A DNA stretch of 64,000 nucleotides from Candidatus Oxydemutatoraceae bacterium (GTDB lineage Bacteria > Pseudomonadota > Gammaproteobacteria > Poriferisulfidales > Oxydemutatoraceae). Below are positions 10,718-21,581 of this stretch, piece by piece. The notes below the pieces were generated by a model that was given only the letters and a program-made list of their open reading frames with translations, was not told where the DNA came from and searched no databases. Made by a program: the position numbers and the translations under genes. Where the stretch lies: contig OZ244717.1 of assembly GCA_965218975.1 (NCBI GenBank), positions 512,001-576,000 on the forward strand, given 5' to 3'. How positions within the stretch are numbered: position 1 is the first letter of the stretch; the number at the start of each line of letters is the position of its first letter.

Positions 10718-11062
10718 ATGGCAACAATAACGGTTGATGAAAAAAGTATTAAGCTTACCGCAACCGGTTTCCTAGTCAACACTGAGGACTGGAATGAACA
10801 AGTGGCAAAGGCAATCGCACAAGAACAGCAAGTTGAACTTACCGATAAACATTGGGATATTATCAGGTATCTACGAGACGAGTTTTTTAAAAATAATGAA
10901 AATCAGCCTACTACGCGCAATATCGTTAAAAGCATGCAAAAAAAGTGGGATGATAAAAGTGTTTCCGCTGCAACACTGTACAAAATGTTTCCAAAGGACC
11001 CGAGCAAACAAGGCGGTATGATCGCCGGATTGCCCGAAAGCCTACGTAAGGGCGGCTATTAA
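10718..11062 (+). CDS. TusE/DsrC-family protein lacking all cysteines (RspA-type)
   Basis: GFL...DWNE, LTDKHWDII, LY.MFP, IAGLP; ends ESLRKGGY; RBS AGGAGG. Confidence 0.88.
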   Translation: MATITVDEKSIKLTATGFLVNTEDWNEQVAKAIAQEQQVELTDKHWDIIRYLRDEFFKNNENQPTTRNIVKSMQKKWDDKSVSAATLYKMFPKDPSKQGGMIAGLPESLRKGGY

Positions 11063-11077
11063 GTCATTGCGCAACCG

Positions 11078-12049
11078 ATGAGCATCGAACGAATCAAAGC
11101 GTCGGTTGCGCAAGACTTATCATTAGTTGATACTTTAGTAAAACGACAACTGCAATCGCCGCTACCGTTGATTAACGAGCTCGGTCTGCATTTGATCGCA
11201 GGCGGCGGCAAACGTCTGCGCCCTCTACTTGTTTTGTTGCTCGCGCGCGCGTTGAATTATCGTGGCGAGCAGCATTTACTAGTCGCAGCGATGATCGAAT
11301 TGATTCATACGGCAACGCTGCTACATGACGATGTAGTGGATAATTCAAGCGTCCGGCGCCATAGAAAAACCGCAAAAGAGATCTGGGGTAATGATGCAAG
11401 CGTGTTAGTCGGAGATTTTCTTTATTCGCGCGCCTTCCAAATCATCGTAGAAGTCGGTTCATTGGAAGTTGCCGGCATTCTTGCCGATACAACAAATACC
11501 ATTGCCGAAGGTGAAGTTCGCCAACTGCTGAACCGGCACCAAGCCGACATCGATGAGGCAACTTTCTTTGAAGTTATCCGCTGTAAAACAGCAGTCCTAT
11601 TTGCCGCCGGCACACATATCAGCGCACTACTTGCCAATTCCAACGCCCAAACAATCGCTTCGATGCGTGAATTCGGTATGAGTCTCGGCATCGGTTTTCA
11701 ACTGGTCGACGACATTCTTGATTACGCCGAAGGAGGGCGCTCAGGTAAAGAAGTTGGTAATGACTTGAATGAAGGCAAACCGACTCTACCATTGATTTAT
11801 GCGCTGCAAAACTGTTCGGAAGTTGAGCGAATGACATTAGAAAAAACTTTGACCAATAAAAAAAATCACTCCGAAGAGGTGGCAACCGCACTCAACATCG
11901 TGCGTAAATCCGGCGGTTTGGAATACACTCTCAATAAAGCGAAAAAATACATTGATCAAGCACAATCGTCTTTATCCGGTATCCCGGACTCATCCTATAA
12001 ACATGCACTAAATGAGTTAATGACATTTTTGCTCAATCGTACGCACTAA
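11078..12049 (+). CDS. ispB: Octaprenyl-diphosphate synthase
   Basis: GGKRLRP, LLHDDVVD, FQLVDDILD, EGKPTLP. Confidence 0.93.
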   Translation: MSIERIKASVAQDLSLVDTLVKRQLQSPLPLINELGLHLIAGGGKRLRPLLVLLLARALNYRGEQHLLVAAMIELIHTATLLHDDVVDNSSVRRHRKTAKEIWGNDASVLVGDFLYSRAFQIIVEVGSLEVAGILADTTNTIAEGEVRQLLNRHQADIDEATFFEVIRCKTAVLFAAGTHISALLANSNAQTIASMREFGMSLGIGFQLVDDILDYAEGGRSGKEVGNDLNEGKPTLPLIYALQNCSEVERMTLEKTLTNKKNHSEEVATALNIVRKSGGLEYTLNKAKKYIDQAQSSLSGIPDSSYKHALNELMTFLLNRTH

Positions 12050-12469
12050 GTATCGGATTAATATAAAATTCGTATACATACTCAACATCTGCCGCTCCGC
12101 CCTTTGTCAACATCAGTGAGCATTGGAGCAAGCAATGACGTCATCAATATGACTACTTTGTAAAACTTAGGCTGCAGCGATCATGGAAGCAATAACGAGG
12201 TTATTATTGCAGTAACAGATAGTAGAATTGACTATGCTATTCGAATCCGGTCAAAGAATCTGTAAGTCAATATAGTGTGGCGGAACAATGAGACGACAAT
12301 TCCGGCGGCAGCTATGATACCGTAGCCAAACAATACTCGTTCGGACGCTCAATTCCACACCACCGCCTATGAAATTTTGCCGCCGCTTGCGTATTACATG
12401 TATTTATGCATTCGCGTTTTCTTGGAAGTGCGTCGTAATAAATATGTATAATCTAGGGACAAGTCGGCT

Positions 12470-12546
12470 CGGAGTGTAGCTCAGCTTGGTAGAGCACTGC
12501 CTTCGGGAGGCAGGGGCCGGAGGTTCAAATCCTCTCACTCCGACCA
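12470..12546 (+). tRNA. tRNA-Pro(CGG)
   Basis: CGGAGTG acceptor stem, anticodon arm CTGCC-TTCGGGA-GGCAG, GGTTCAAATCC, encoded CCA. Confidence 0.97.
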
Positions 12547-12572
12547 ACAGTTTTTAGAACAATCATCCGGAC

Positions 12573-13631
12573 ATGCCAAAAACTGCTTTTATTACCGGAG
12601 TTACGGGACAAGACGGCGCTTATCTTGCCGAATTGTTGATTGACAAGGGATATGAGGTACACGGCCTGATCCGACGTGCTTCATCGTTTAACACTGGACG
12701 GATTGAGCATTTGTACCAAGACCCGCACTATAAAGATCGCCGTCTAATTCTCCATTATGGCGATATGGTGGATGCGAGCAGTCTTGCGCGTTTGATGCAT
12801 GAAATACAGCCGGATGAAGTGTATAACCTTGCCGCACAATCGCATGTGCAGGTGAGTTTCGAAACGCCCGAATATACCTCGGACACCAATGCGTTTGGCG
12901 TATTACGCATCTTAGATGCGATCAAGAGTATGCCGACCCCGCAAAATATCCGTTTTTATCAAGCTTCATCGTCGGAGCTATTTGGTAAAGTTCAAACCCA
13001 AATGCAGAACGAAAAAACCTCTTTCTTTCCGTGTTCGCCCTATGCGACGGCAAAGTTATTTGCGCATTGGGCTACGGTTAACTACCGAGAAGCGTTCGGT
13101 CTGCATGCTTCCAACGGAATTTTATTCAACCATGAAAGTCCGATTCGTAGCAAGACATTCGTCAGTCGTAAAATTACTTTAGCAGCGGCAAACATCAAAT
13201 GTGGGCAACAAGATTCGTTATATCTGGGTAATTTAGATGCCCGACGCGACTGGGGGCACGCGCGCGAGTATGTGGTAGGCATGTGGCAAATGCTGCAACG
13301 CGACAAACCGGATGATTATGTGTTGGCAACCGGGGAGACACACAGCGTTCGCGAATTTTGCGAATGCGCTTTTGCCGAAGCCGGCATTGCCATCCAATGG
13401 AGAAACAGCGGGGTTGACGAAAAAGGTGTTGATGCCGAAAGCGGTAAAGTGTTGATTCATGTTGACCCGGTCTATTTCCGTCCGTCTGAAGTGGATTATC
13501 TATGCGGTGATGCGGGAAAAGCCAAACGAGAGCTCGGTTGGAAACATACCATTTGCTTCAAACAGCTCATTAAAGAAATGGTCGCCACCGACTTGGGAAA
13601 GATACGGCAAGGGCATGCAGATTTTGTATGA
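12573..13631 (+). CDS. gmd: GDP-mannose 4,6-dehydratase
   Basis: [36 protein letters not shown]. Confidence 0.97.
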   Translation: MPKTAFITGVTGQDGAYLAELLIDKGYEVHGLIRRASSFNTGRIEHLYQDPHYKDRRLILHYGDMVDASSLARLMHEIQPDEVYNLAAQSHVQVSFETPEYTSDTNAFGVLRILDAIKSMPTPQNIRFYQASSSELFGKVQTQMQNEKTSFFPCSPYATAKLFAHWATVNYREAFGLHASNGILFNHESPIRSKTFVSRKITLAAANIKCGQQDSLYLGNLDARRDWGHAREYVVGMWQMLQRDKPDDYVLATGETHSVREFCECAFAEAGIAIQWRNSGVDEKGVDAESGKVLIHVDPVYFRPSEVDYLCGDAGKAKRELGWKHTICFKQLIKEMVATDLGKIRQGHADFV

Positions 13632-14572
13632 AATTCTCTTTCGGCGGTAAAAGAGTTTGGGTTGCGGGACACCGCGGCATGGTCGGTTCTGCTTTAATGC
13701 GGAGGTTGCAACAAGAAGATTGCGCTATCCTAACTGTGTCACATAGAGAATGTGATCTAACGAATCAGGCGAAAACACAAGCATGGATGCGGCATGTTCG
13801 TCCGGATGCCGTGATCATCGCTGCGGCAAAAGTCGGAGGCATCCTCGCGAACCAGACGAACCCGGTAGATTTTCTCTACCAAAATTTAATGATTGCCGCC
13901 AATATCATTCACTGCGCTTATGAGCTGAAAACGAAAAAACTATTGTTTCTCGGATCATCATGTATCTATCCCAAACTCGCCGATCAGCCGATGAGCGAGG
14001 CTGCACTCTTAACCGGCGCATTGGAATCAACCAACGAAGCATACGCCATTGCAAAAATCGCCGGCGTTAAATTATGCTCGGCGTATTACCAACAATATGG
14101 CGCGGATTTTATTTCGGTTATGCCGCCAAACTTATATGGTATTCACGATAACTTCCACCTTGAACAATCACATGTAATCCCGGCATTGATGCGTAAAATG
14201 CACGATGCAAAAGCTTCCGGTGCGAAAACAGTCAATATTTGGGGTAGTGGCAAACCGCAACGTGAGTTTATGTATGCGAATGATCTTGCCGATGCTTGCG
14301 TTTACGTCATGCAATGCTACTCCGACGCTGAGCATATCAATGTCGGTCATGGCGAAGAAATAACCATTCGTGGGCTTGCCGAAACTATTGCGCGAATTAT
14401 CGGTTACACCGGGAAGTTTGAATTCGACACTTCAAAACCCGACGGTATGCCGCGTAAAGTAATGGATAGTGCAAAGCTCGCTTCTCTGGGATGGCGTCCT
14501 CGAATATCTTTAGAGCGGGGATTGACAGAAGTTTATCGCTGGTATCAAGAAAACCCCGTTTCCGACACATAG
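13628..14572 (+). CDS. fcl: GDP-L-fucose synthase
   Basis: [29 protein letters not shown]; 4-nt overlap with gmd. Confidence 0.96.
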   Translation: MKFSFGGKRVWVAGHRGMVGSALMRRLQQEDCAILTVSHRECDLTNQAKTQAWMRHVRPDAVIIAAAKVGGILANQTNPVDFLYQNLMIAANIIHCAYELKTKKLLFLGSSCIYPKLADQPMSEAALLTGALESTNEAYAIAKIAGVKLCSAYYQQYGADFISVMPPNLYGIHDNFHLEQSHVIPALMRKMHDAKASGAKTVNIWGSGKPQREFMYANDLADACVYVMQCYSDAEHINVGHGEEITIRGLAETIARIIGYTGKFEFDTSKPDGMPRKVMDSAKLASLGWRPRISLERGLTEVYRWYQENPVSDT

Positions 14573-14583
14573 TGATATACCGG

Positions 14584-14655
14584 TGCCGGTGAGTGGATTT
14601 GAACCACCGACCTACTGATTACGAATCAGTTGCTCTGCCACTGAGCTACACCGGC
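14584..14655 (-). tRNA. tRNA-Thr(CGT)
   Basis: Reverse complement GCCGGTGTAGCTCAGTGGCAGAGCA-CTGATTCGTAATCAG-...GGTTCAAATCC...CACCGGCA; followed by CCG rather than CCA. Confidence 0.95.
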
Positions 14656-14683
14656 ATCAAACGACTATTTTAACGCCAACCGT

Positions 14684-15748
14684 CTAATTCTGTTCCGTCA
14701 GACCGAAATGAGCCGGATTTAGCGGCGGGTCTGTCCCGACAATCAGCGCACTGACTAGTGCGGCGGAACCGGGAGCGAGTCCGACACCATTGCGGAAATG
14801 TCCGGTGTTCAAGAACAGACCGGACATTTCCGGATGACAACCGATCAACGGCAATTCACGATTAACCCAAGGGCGTAATCCCGTCCATTGCTTTTGCACG
14901 GCGGCATGCTTTAAACCGGGCATCAATCGCTCAGCAAAAGTAGTGAGTGCTACTTTGGCGCTCAATGTTGCCGTTTGATCAAACCCACAGTCCTCAACCG
15001 TACTTCCCGCTAGCAAACGATTGCCGGAGCGTGGAATCAAGTATCGATCACCCATCGTCACAATATGCTTCCCAATAATCTCAACCCCAGCATATTGAAC
15101 GATTTGTCCGCGTTTCGGGCGGATTGAATATTGCGGTGAAATCGTGCAAACCTTCGAACTCCATGCCCCGGCACAAACGACGACAACATCTGCGGTAAAA
15201 CTTTCCGTCATTGAATACACCCCTGTCACCGATTGATCGTCTGTCATTAAGTCAACCGACTGTTTGACAAAAGACACCTTTTCCGAACGCAGACAATGAA
15301 ACAAAGCGTTTACTAAGTCGGTTACTTCAACTTGTTTTACATCCCGCAATAAAAATCCGCTCGGCGTATTCAGCATGGGTAGATATTGATGCAATGCTTG
15401 TCGGTTTAGCATCTCTCCTCGAATATTTCTTTGTTGCGCCCACTGCATTGCCGAATGCTGCGCGGATTCGTCCACATAGACGATACCGTCATCAGCCAAC
15501 CTGATTGTACAATAAGCGCGTAAATGATTTAGCCAATTTTCCCATTGCGACAATGAATATAACCACAGAGCAATAAATGCGGGCGAAAATTCCCAAGGCT
15601 TTAACGGCGCCAGAATACCACCGGCGGCAAGCGAAGCATTGCCGCCAAAACGCGATGATTCAAAAACCGTAACAGTCGCGCCGTATCGCGCCAATGCGTG
15701 GGCGGTTGTCAAACCAATCACGCCGCTCCCTATCACTATAGCTTTCAT
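14684..15748 (-). CDS. thiO: Glycine oxidase / D-amino acid oxidase family
   Basis: IGSGVIG, AAGGIL, WTGLRP, GHFRNG; next to thiS and thiG. Confidence 0.85.
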   Translation of the reverse strand: MKAIVIGSGVIGLTTAHALARYGATVTVFESSRFGGNASLAAGGILAPLKPWEFSPAFIALWLYSLSQWENWLNHLRAYCTIRLADDGIVYVDESAQHSAMQWAQQRNIRGEMLNRQALHQYLPMLNTPSGFLLRDVKQVEVTDLVNALFHCLRSEKVSFVKQSVDLMTDDQSVTGVYSMTESFTADVVVVCAGAWSSKVCTISPQYSIRPKRGQIVQYAGVEIIGKHIVTMGDRYLIPRSGNRLLAGSTVEDCGFDQTATLSAKVALTTFAERLMPGLKHAAVQKQWTGLRPWVNRELPLIGCHPEMSGLFLNTGHFRNGVGLAPGSAALVSALIVGTDPPLNPAHFGLTEQN

Positions 15749-15762
15749 CGTTTATATTTAGC

Positions 15763-16280
15763 TGCATAGACCAGTATATATGCCGGAGGGTATGCTTTTA
15801 ATAAAAAGGCGACCGATACGCAATATCAGCAACACCGGTTGCTACATCAAAAGTTTTTATATGTGCTCATTTAAAACCATCATAAGCACAGCCGCCCAAC
15901 AGAAGTATGATGCGCGGGTATTCTGGGATAAACGCGGGCCGAATGCAACCCTAGATGCATACAAGGTCAGTCGCAGCGTTTTGCGTTCTCAAGCAAGCAT
16001 TATTGGGAAAACAACCGGCCAGGGGGGCTGCACGGTAGAAATAAATTATCCCGCCAACGGCACTGATCAAAGGGTATACTCTACGAAGAAATCCGCTGCT
16101 TACGCAAGACTTACCCAAACATCGGTCCCAATAAGATCGTAGTGTTACCGGAGGTGCTCCTATAAACGGTGCCGGCTACGATGCCTAGCGCCGCCCCGGC
16201 GAGTTAGATTTCATATGTGTCCGATAGCGTGCGCATCGCAAACAGCCCTAAAAAAATCCGGGCAGTAATGGCATCGTACA
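15763..16280 (+). mobile_element. Heavily decayed, deleted IS481-like copy
   Basis: AQQKYDARVFWDKRGPNATLDAYKVSRS matches transposase N-terminus; ends GGCATCGTACA like the other copies. Confidence 0.75.
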
Positions 16281-16315
16281 AAACTTTTTCATTCTGATCG
16301 CTCTATAATGGAACG

Positions 16316-16516
16316 ATGTACGTACGAATAAACGGAGAAAAGCGACAAGTCGCCGATTATTTAACCGTAGCCCAACTGCTTCAACAACTAGGCTTTACCG
16401 AACGGAAGCTGGCAGTGGAAATCAATCGACAGATTATTCCCGCATCCGAACACGCCAGAGTGAGGTTGTCAGAACATGATGCCATTGAAATTATCCACGC
16501 CGTAGGAGGTGGGTGA
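16316..16516 (+). CDS. thiS: Sulfur carrier protein ThiS
   Basis: 66 aa, INGE...AVEIN...C-terminal VGGG. Confidence 0.95.
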   Translation: MYVRINGEKRQVADYLTVAQLLQQLGFTERKLAVEINRQIIPASEHARVRLSEHDAIEIIHAVGGG

Positions 16517-17107
16517 GAACAAATCTTTGAGAAATGCGCTTGTCGCGTACTAAATTTAGGGGGAACCCAGTGAAAACCGAAATGACCCGGATTGAACAGA
16601 GCAATCCGGTCACGACCGGCAATCAGCGGAGAAGTATCGATAAACGGATCAATCGTTCGCAGAAAATCTGTTTTACCGTATCGTATAGTCTGCGCGAGAT
16701 TAAATATCGTCAATGTGTTGTTTAGACGACAAAACAGAATTTCAACTGTATGATTGTTGTCTGACGATGCGCACAAACAAAGGCTGAGAGGATTATTGCT
16801 TATTTTCCGCACCGCAAGAACATTCTTGCTCAAAATGCTCATCGCTTGTCAAATCAATTGAACTTTTATCGGCATTTGTAGCAAGCGCGAAAGTAAAAAA
16901 GACAAGTCTTTAGTATTTTGATCAACCGGGCACGTTTTAAGCAAAAAAATTCCTTTATCGGGTTGTAATCTCGACGGGATACCCCGACTTTTCAAAAATA
17001 ACAATATACATTTAAAATTAAATGCACTAATGAACCCAATTTTTATGAGCAAATGCATATAAAATATACGTCAATCGGAACTTATTCGAGAAATAAGCAA
17101 ACCTGCA

Positions 17108-17887
17108 ATGAACGACTCCGACCCTCTTATCATTGCCGATAAAACCTATCATTCGCGGTTATTGATCGGCACCGGTAAATACCGCAATTTTGCCCAAATG
17201 CAAAAGGCAGTCGAGAACTGCGGCGCCGAGATTATTACTGTCGCATTGCGCCGAACGAATCTCGGACAAACACCCGACGCGCCGAATCTATTAGATTATC
17301 TGTCTTCCGATCGCTATACGATCCTGCCGAATACTGCCGGCTGTTACTCCGCCGCAGCCGCAGTACGCACTTGCCTGCTCGCTCGCGAGCTATTGGACGG
17401 ACATTCGTTAGTCAAGCTCGAAGTGCTCGGCGATAAAAAAACATTATTTCCAAACACCGCTCAAACTTTACAGGCAGCCAAGCAGCTGGTGGCAAAACAA
17501 TTTGATGTGATGGTCTATACGAATGACGATCCTATTGCCGCACGCCAATTGGAGGAAATCGGCTGCGCCTGCATCATGCCGCTTGGCGCTCCCATCGGTT
17601 CCGGCTTGGGCATTCAAAATCATTATAACATCATGACCATTGTTGAAAATGCTAAAGTGCCGGTAATTGTCGACGCAGGCGTCGGTACCGCATCGGATGC
17701 GGCGATTGCAATGGAACTTGGATGTGACGGCGTATTAATGAACACGGCCGTGGCGCAAGCTAGGGACCCTTTGCGGATGGCAAACGCAATGAAAAAAGCA
17801 GTTGAAGCCGGACGTGCCGCCTATCTCGCCGGCAGGATACCGAAACGACAGATCGCTCAACCTTCATCACCGCCGACGGATGTTTGA
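17108..17887 (+). CDS. thiG: Thiazole synthase
   Basis: [33 protein letters not shown]. Confidence 0.97.
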   Translation: MNDSDPLIIADKTYHSRLLIGTGKYRNFAQMQKAVENCGAEIITVALRRTNLGQTPDAPNLLDYLSSDRYTILPNTAGCYSAAAAVRTCLLARELLDGHSLVKLEVLGDKKTLFPNTAQTLQAAKQLVAKQFDVMVYTNDDPIAARQLEEIGCACIMPLGAPIGSGLGIQNHYNIMTIVENAKVPVIVDAGVGTASDAAIAMELGCDGVLMNTAVAQARDPLRMANAMKKAVEAGRAAYLAGRIPKRQIAQPSSPPTDV

Positions 17888-18565
17888 ATGATAAGTATGA
17901 CAAGCATCATTCCGCATATTCGTAGTTATGTTTGTCGCGGAAATCGCTTTACTCCCGCGCAGCGCAGTGCTTGGGAAAAGCATTGGGCACATCACCGCCT
18001 TGACGCTTCCCAACTAGTAGAAGCGCCAAAAATTTTTGCTCGAAACACAATGTTCACTCTGGAGGTCGGTTTTGGCAACGGCAATAATCTGCTCAAGCTC
18101 GCTCAAACTAATCCCGATGCCGGTTTTGTCGGTATTGAAGTCTATCGCCCCGGCATCGGCAGATTGCTAAACGATATAGCGGAGCATAAGGTATGTAATA
18201 TACGCATTGTTTATGCCGATGTTGTCGAAGCATTGGCATCCCCGCCTCCAAGCGCAATATTTAGTCGAGTATTAATCCTATTCCCGGACCCCTGGCCAAA
18301 AAAACGCCACCATAAACGTCGCTTAATTACGCCTGAATTCTGTAATCGGTTAGTCCCTTGGATGAAACCAAATGCCACATTATTCCTTGCGACCGATTGG
18401 CAAAATTATGCCGAACAAATGCGTGGGGCGATTGCTGCCACCCCGAACTTGGAAAATTTAACGCCTGACAATGGATTTTGTGAACGTCCCGGTTGGTGCC
18501 TTGCCACCGCTTTTGAACAACAGGCGCGATATCCGGTTAAGAATCTACTGTGCCGGCGGATTTAG
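17888..18565 (+). CDS. trmB: tRNA (guanine-N7)-methyltransferase
   Basis: LEVGFGNG, FPDPWPKKRHHKRRL, ATDW. Confidence 0.95.
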   Translation: MISMTSIIPHIRSYVCRGNRFTPAQRSAWEKHWAHHRLDASQLVEAPKIFARNTMFTLEVGFGNGNNLLKLAQTNPDAGFVGIEVYRPGIGRLLNDIAEHKVCNIRIVYADVVEALASPPPSAIFSRVLILFPDPWPKKRHHKRRLITPEFCNRLVPWMKPNATLFLATDWQNYAEQMRGAIAATPNLENLTPDNGFCERPGWCLATAFEQQARYPVKNLLCRRI

Positions 18566-20441
18566 TCGCCGACTTCCAATTGCCGTACAAAGCAGACAGA
18601 AGACGGCTAGGTTGTCTCGGGTTGGATTGCAATACGCAGCCTGACAGATCATTCATCTTGCATTCGGCCGAAGAACACTCAAAGTCTTTTTGCCGTTGAA
18701 GATGCTTCCACGCGTACTCCAGCGCCTCATCGCGCGTAGTAAGAAAATGATCTTCCCAATCAGGATTTGCAAACCCGCAGCGACGGAATACATCCATCAC
18801 CTCAGCCTGTACCCGCACAAATAAAAACTCAATATTTTGCGACACTAAAGTTTGCGATAGAGAACGCAACATCTCCTCACCGGTTGCATCAATTTCATTA
18901 ATTGCTACCGCGTCGATAATAATAAAACGCAACTGTGGCATTGATGCGACTCGGTCCATCACACGCGTCTCAAAGTAACTTGTATTTGCAAAAAATAAAG
19001 GGCCTTCAAAACGAATAATTGAAATTTTTGGACACTGCTGAAGGATGTATCGCGCCGCATCGCGCAAAGCACCATCTTTATGCCTCGCCAAAATCGAAAT
19101 GTGCGGATGCATGGTGCGGTAGACATACAACCCTAGCGACAGTAACACACCGGCAAGGATTCCTTTTTCCAGATGCGGCGCATACAACAGAGTCAATAAG
19201 AAAGTAGCAAAAGAAACAATGGCGTCATGTTTTTGCGTTCGCCAAATATTCTTTAGCGGTTTGACACGAATCAACCCTCCGACCGCCAGAATAATGACCG
19301 CGGCCAAAGTAGGTTGCGGTAAGTGATATAGTAGCGGAGTCAAAAAGAGCAGAGTGACTGCCATAATCATCGTAGTGACGACAGATGAAAACCCCGTCAC
19401 CGCGCCGCTATCAAAATTTACGGCTGAACGTGAAAATGATCCTGAGACCACATATCCCTGAAAAAAGCTTGCAGTCATGTTAGACAATCCTTGTCCGATC
19501 AATTCTTGATCGGCATCAAGCCGTTGTCGGGTACTCGCCGCCATTGCTTTAGCAACTGAAATTGCTTCGGTAAAGCCGATCAATGCAATCGTGAACGCCA
19601 CGCTGGACAATTGCATTAATACGGCAAAACTAAACTGCGGGACCTCGAACGGCGGCAAGCCTTGAGGGATTGCCCCCACCACTTTGCCGCCATTGCCTTC
19701 AAAATCAAACCACCATGACAGCAAAATGGTGACGACTACAGCAAATAACACTCCGGGAAATTTCGGTGCAAAAAGGCGTAAAGCAATCATACTTCCCAAC
19801 GCAAGCGTAGCGATTCCAAAAGTAGGTAAATGAGGCGACTCAATCATTGCTTGAAAGGCCATCCAAACAGTTTCATAGTGGTGGTCGGCATTCTCGACTT
19901 GAACACCAAAAATCTTGTCTAGCTGCGATGTCGCGATAATAATTGCGGCGGCATTCGTAAAACCTATTACGACCGGATAGGACAGAAACGCAACCATAAT
20001 GCCAAGCCGAGCCAAGCCGAGAATTAACTGTATCAATCCGACAATTAATGCCAATGTGACGGCATAAATAAAATACTCGTCGGAACCGCTTGCCGCAATA
20101 GGACCTAGCGCCGAGGCGGTTAACAACGAAACCACTGCCACCGGTCCGGTCGCCAACTGCCGCGACGAGCCAAAAATCGCCGCGATGGCAACCGGTAAAA
20201 AAGACGCATACAAACCGTAGTGAGGCGGTAATCCCGCTAATTGCGCATAAGCCATCGACTGCGGTACTAAAATCAACGCGACGGTGGTGCCGGCAATAAA
20301 ATCCGCTTTTAAAATCCGCGGGTCGCGCAGTTCGGGAAACCACGTCATAAATGGCGTGAAATTTCCCGTCAAATCTTCTAAAACCCGCTTAAATCCCTTC
20401 AAAAACCGACCTTCTTCGAGGTTATATATGAGAGCACGCAA
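18537..20441 (-). CDS. SulP family anion transporter with STAS domain
   Basis: PQSMAYAQLAG, GSFSRSA, PLFFAN, IDATG. Confidence 0.93.
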   Translation of the reverse strand: MRALIYNLEEGRFLKGFKRVLEDLTGNFTPFMTWFPELRDPRILKADFIAGTTVALILVPQSMAYAQLAGLPPHYGLYASFLPVAIAAIFGSSRQLATGPVAVVSLLTASALGPIAASGSDEYFIYAVTLALIVGLIQLILGLARLGIMVAFLSYPVVIGFTNAAAIIIATSQLDKIFGVQVENADHHYETVWMAFQAMIESPHLPTFGIATLALGSMIALRLFAPKFPGVLFAVVVTILLSWWFDFEGNGGKVVGAIPQGLPPFEVPQFSFAVLMQLSSVAFTIALIGFTEAISVAKAMAASTRQRLDADQELIGQGLSNMTASFFQGYVVSGSFSRSAVNFDSGAVTGFSSVVTTMIMAVTLLFLTPLLYHLPQPTLAAVIILAVGGLIRVKPLKNIWRTQKHDAIVSFATFLLTLLYAPHLEKGILAGVLLSLGLYVYRTMHPHISILARHKDGALRDAARYILQQCPKISIIRFEGPLFFANTSYFETRVMDRVASMPQLRFIIIDAVAINEIDATGEEMLRSLSQTLVSQNIEFLFVRVQAEVMDVFRRCGFANPDWEDHFLTTRDEALEYAWKHLQRQKDFECSSAECKMNDLSGCVLQSNPRQPSRLLSALYGNWKSATKSAGTVDS

Positions 20442-20512
20442 ACTCAGATTATTAGTTTATACTAACATAAGCCTAGTGAGTTGTAGCAAAAATTCATTGA
20501 GGAATATACATT

Positions 20513-21547
20513 ATGGAATATCGCCGGTTAGGACGCACTGGCATTGATGTCAGCATTATCTGCCTCGGAACGATGACTTGGGGCGAACAAAATACAATTT
20601 CCCAAGCGCATCGACAGTTGGATTACGCAGTTGCACAAGGTGTCAACTTTATTGATACAGCGGAGATGTACCCCGTTCCGCCCGGCGTAGAAACTCAGGG
20701 GCTCACAGAAGCTTATATCGGCGAATGGTTGGCAAAACGTAACGATCGCAGACGCTTGATTATCGCTACCAAAGTTGCGGGGCCGGGAATGATAAGTTAT
20801 CTGCGCGACGGACCTCAACTAAGCCGCAAACATATTTTTCAGGCAGTGGATGATAGCCTACGTCGCTTACGCACCGATTACATTGATCTCTACCAGGTGC
20901 ATTGGCCGGCACGCAGTACAAACTTTTTCGGCAAGCTTGGCTATGCTTACTCCGACGATAAAGATGCGACCCCAATCGTCGATACTTTATCAGCTTTATC
21001 AGAACTGATTGATATCGGCAAAGTACGTCACATCGGCATTTCAAATGAAACGCCTTGGGGTATATTGGAATACTTGCGCTTAGCGGAACAACAATCGCAG
21101 CCGCGGATTGTCAGTATTCAAAATCCGTACAATCTACTAAACCGTGTATTTGAAATCGGACTTGCCGAAATCGCTCACCGTGAGCAAGTGGGGCTACTTG
21201 CTTATTCACCGTTAGGTTTTGGCGTGTTAAGCGGAAAATATTTAAACCATCGTGCCCCGGCCAATGCGCGCTTGACTTTATATCCTTATTTCAAGCGCTA
21301 TATTAGCGAAGCCGGAACCAAAATGACCGCAAATTATGTGCGGATTGCGAGAGAGGCGGGATTAGCCCCCGCAACTATGGCGCTTGCCTATGTCAATACT
21401 CGAAGTTTTTTAACCTCCAACATCATCGGGGCAACGACAATGGAGCAATTAGAAAAAAATATCGCAAGTGTTGACACCGTGTTAAGTGATGACGTGTTAG
21501 ATGCGATTGAAGCGCAACATCAAGCAACCCCTAATCCCTGCCCGTAA
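20513..21547 (+). CDS. tas: NADP(H)-dependent aldo-keto reductase (Tas-like)
   Basis: LGTMTWGEQN, DTAEMYPVPP, YQVHWP, SNETPWG. Confidence 0.9.
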   Translation: MEYRRLGRTGIDVSIICLGTMTWGEQNTISQAHRQLDYAVAQGVNFIDTAEMYPVPPGVETQGLTEAYIGEWLAKRNDRRRLIIATKVAGPGMISYLRDGPQLSRKHIFQAVDDSLRRLRTDYIDLYQVHWPARSTNFFGKLGYAYSDDKDATPIVDTLSALSELIDIGKVRHIGISNETPWGILEYLRLAEQQSQPRIVSIQNPYNLLNRVFEIGLAEIAHREQVGLLAYSPLGFGVLSGKYLNHRAPANARLTLYPYFKRYISEAGTKMTANYVRIAREAGLAPATMALAYVNTRSFLTSNIIGATTMEQLEKNIASVDTVLSDDVLDAIEAQHQATPNPCP

Positions 21548-21581
21548 TTATCGCTGTCATCCGGTATCCGCAGCCGTGACA

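Noticed and set aside
16517-17107. TPP riboswitch upstream of thiG
   Set aside because: GCTGAGA is present, but I could not find the rest of the conserved aptamer.
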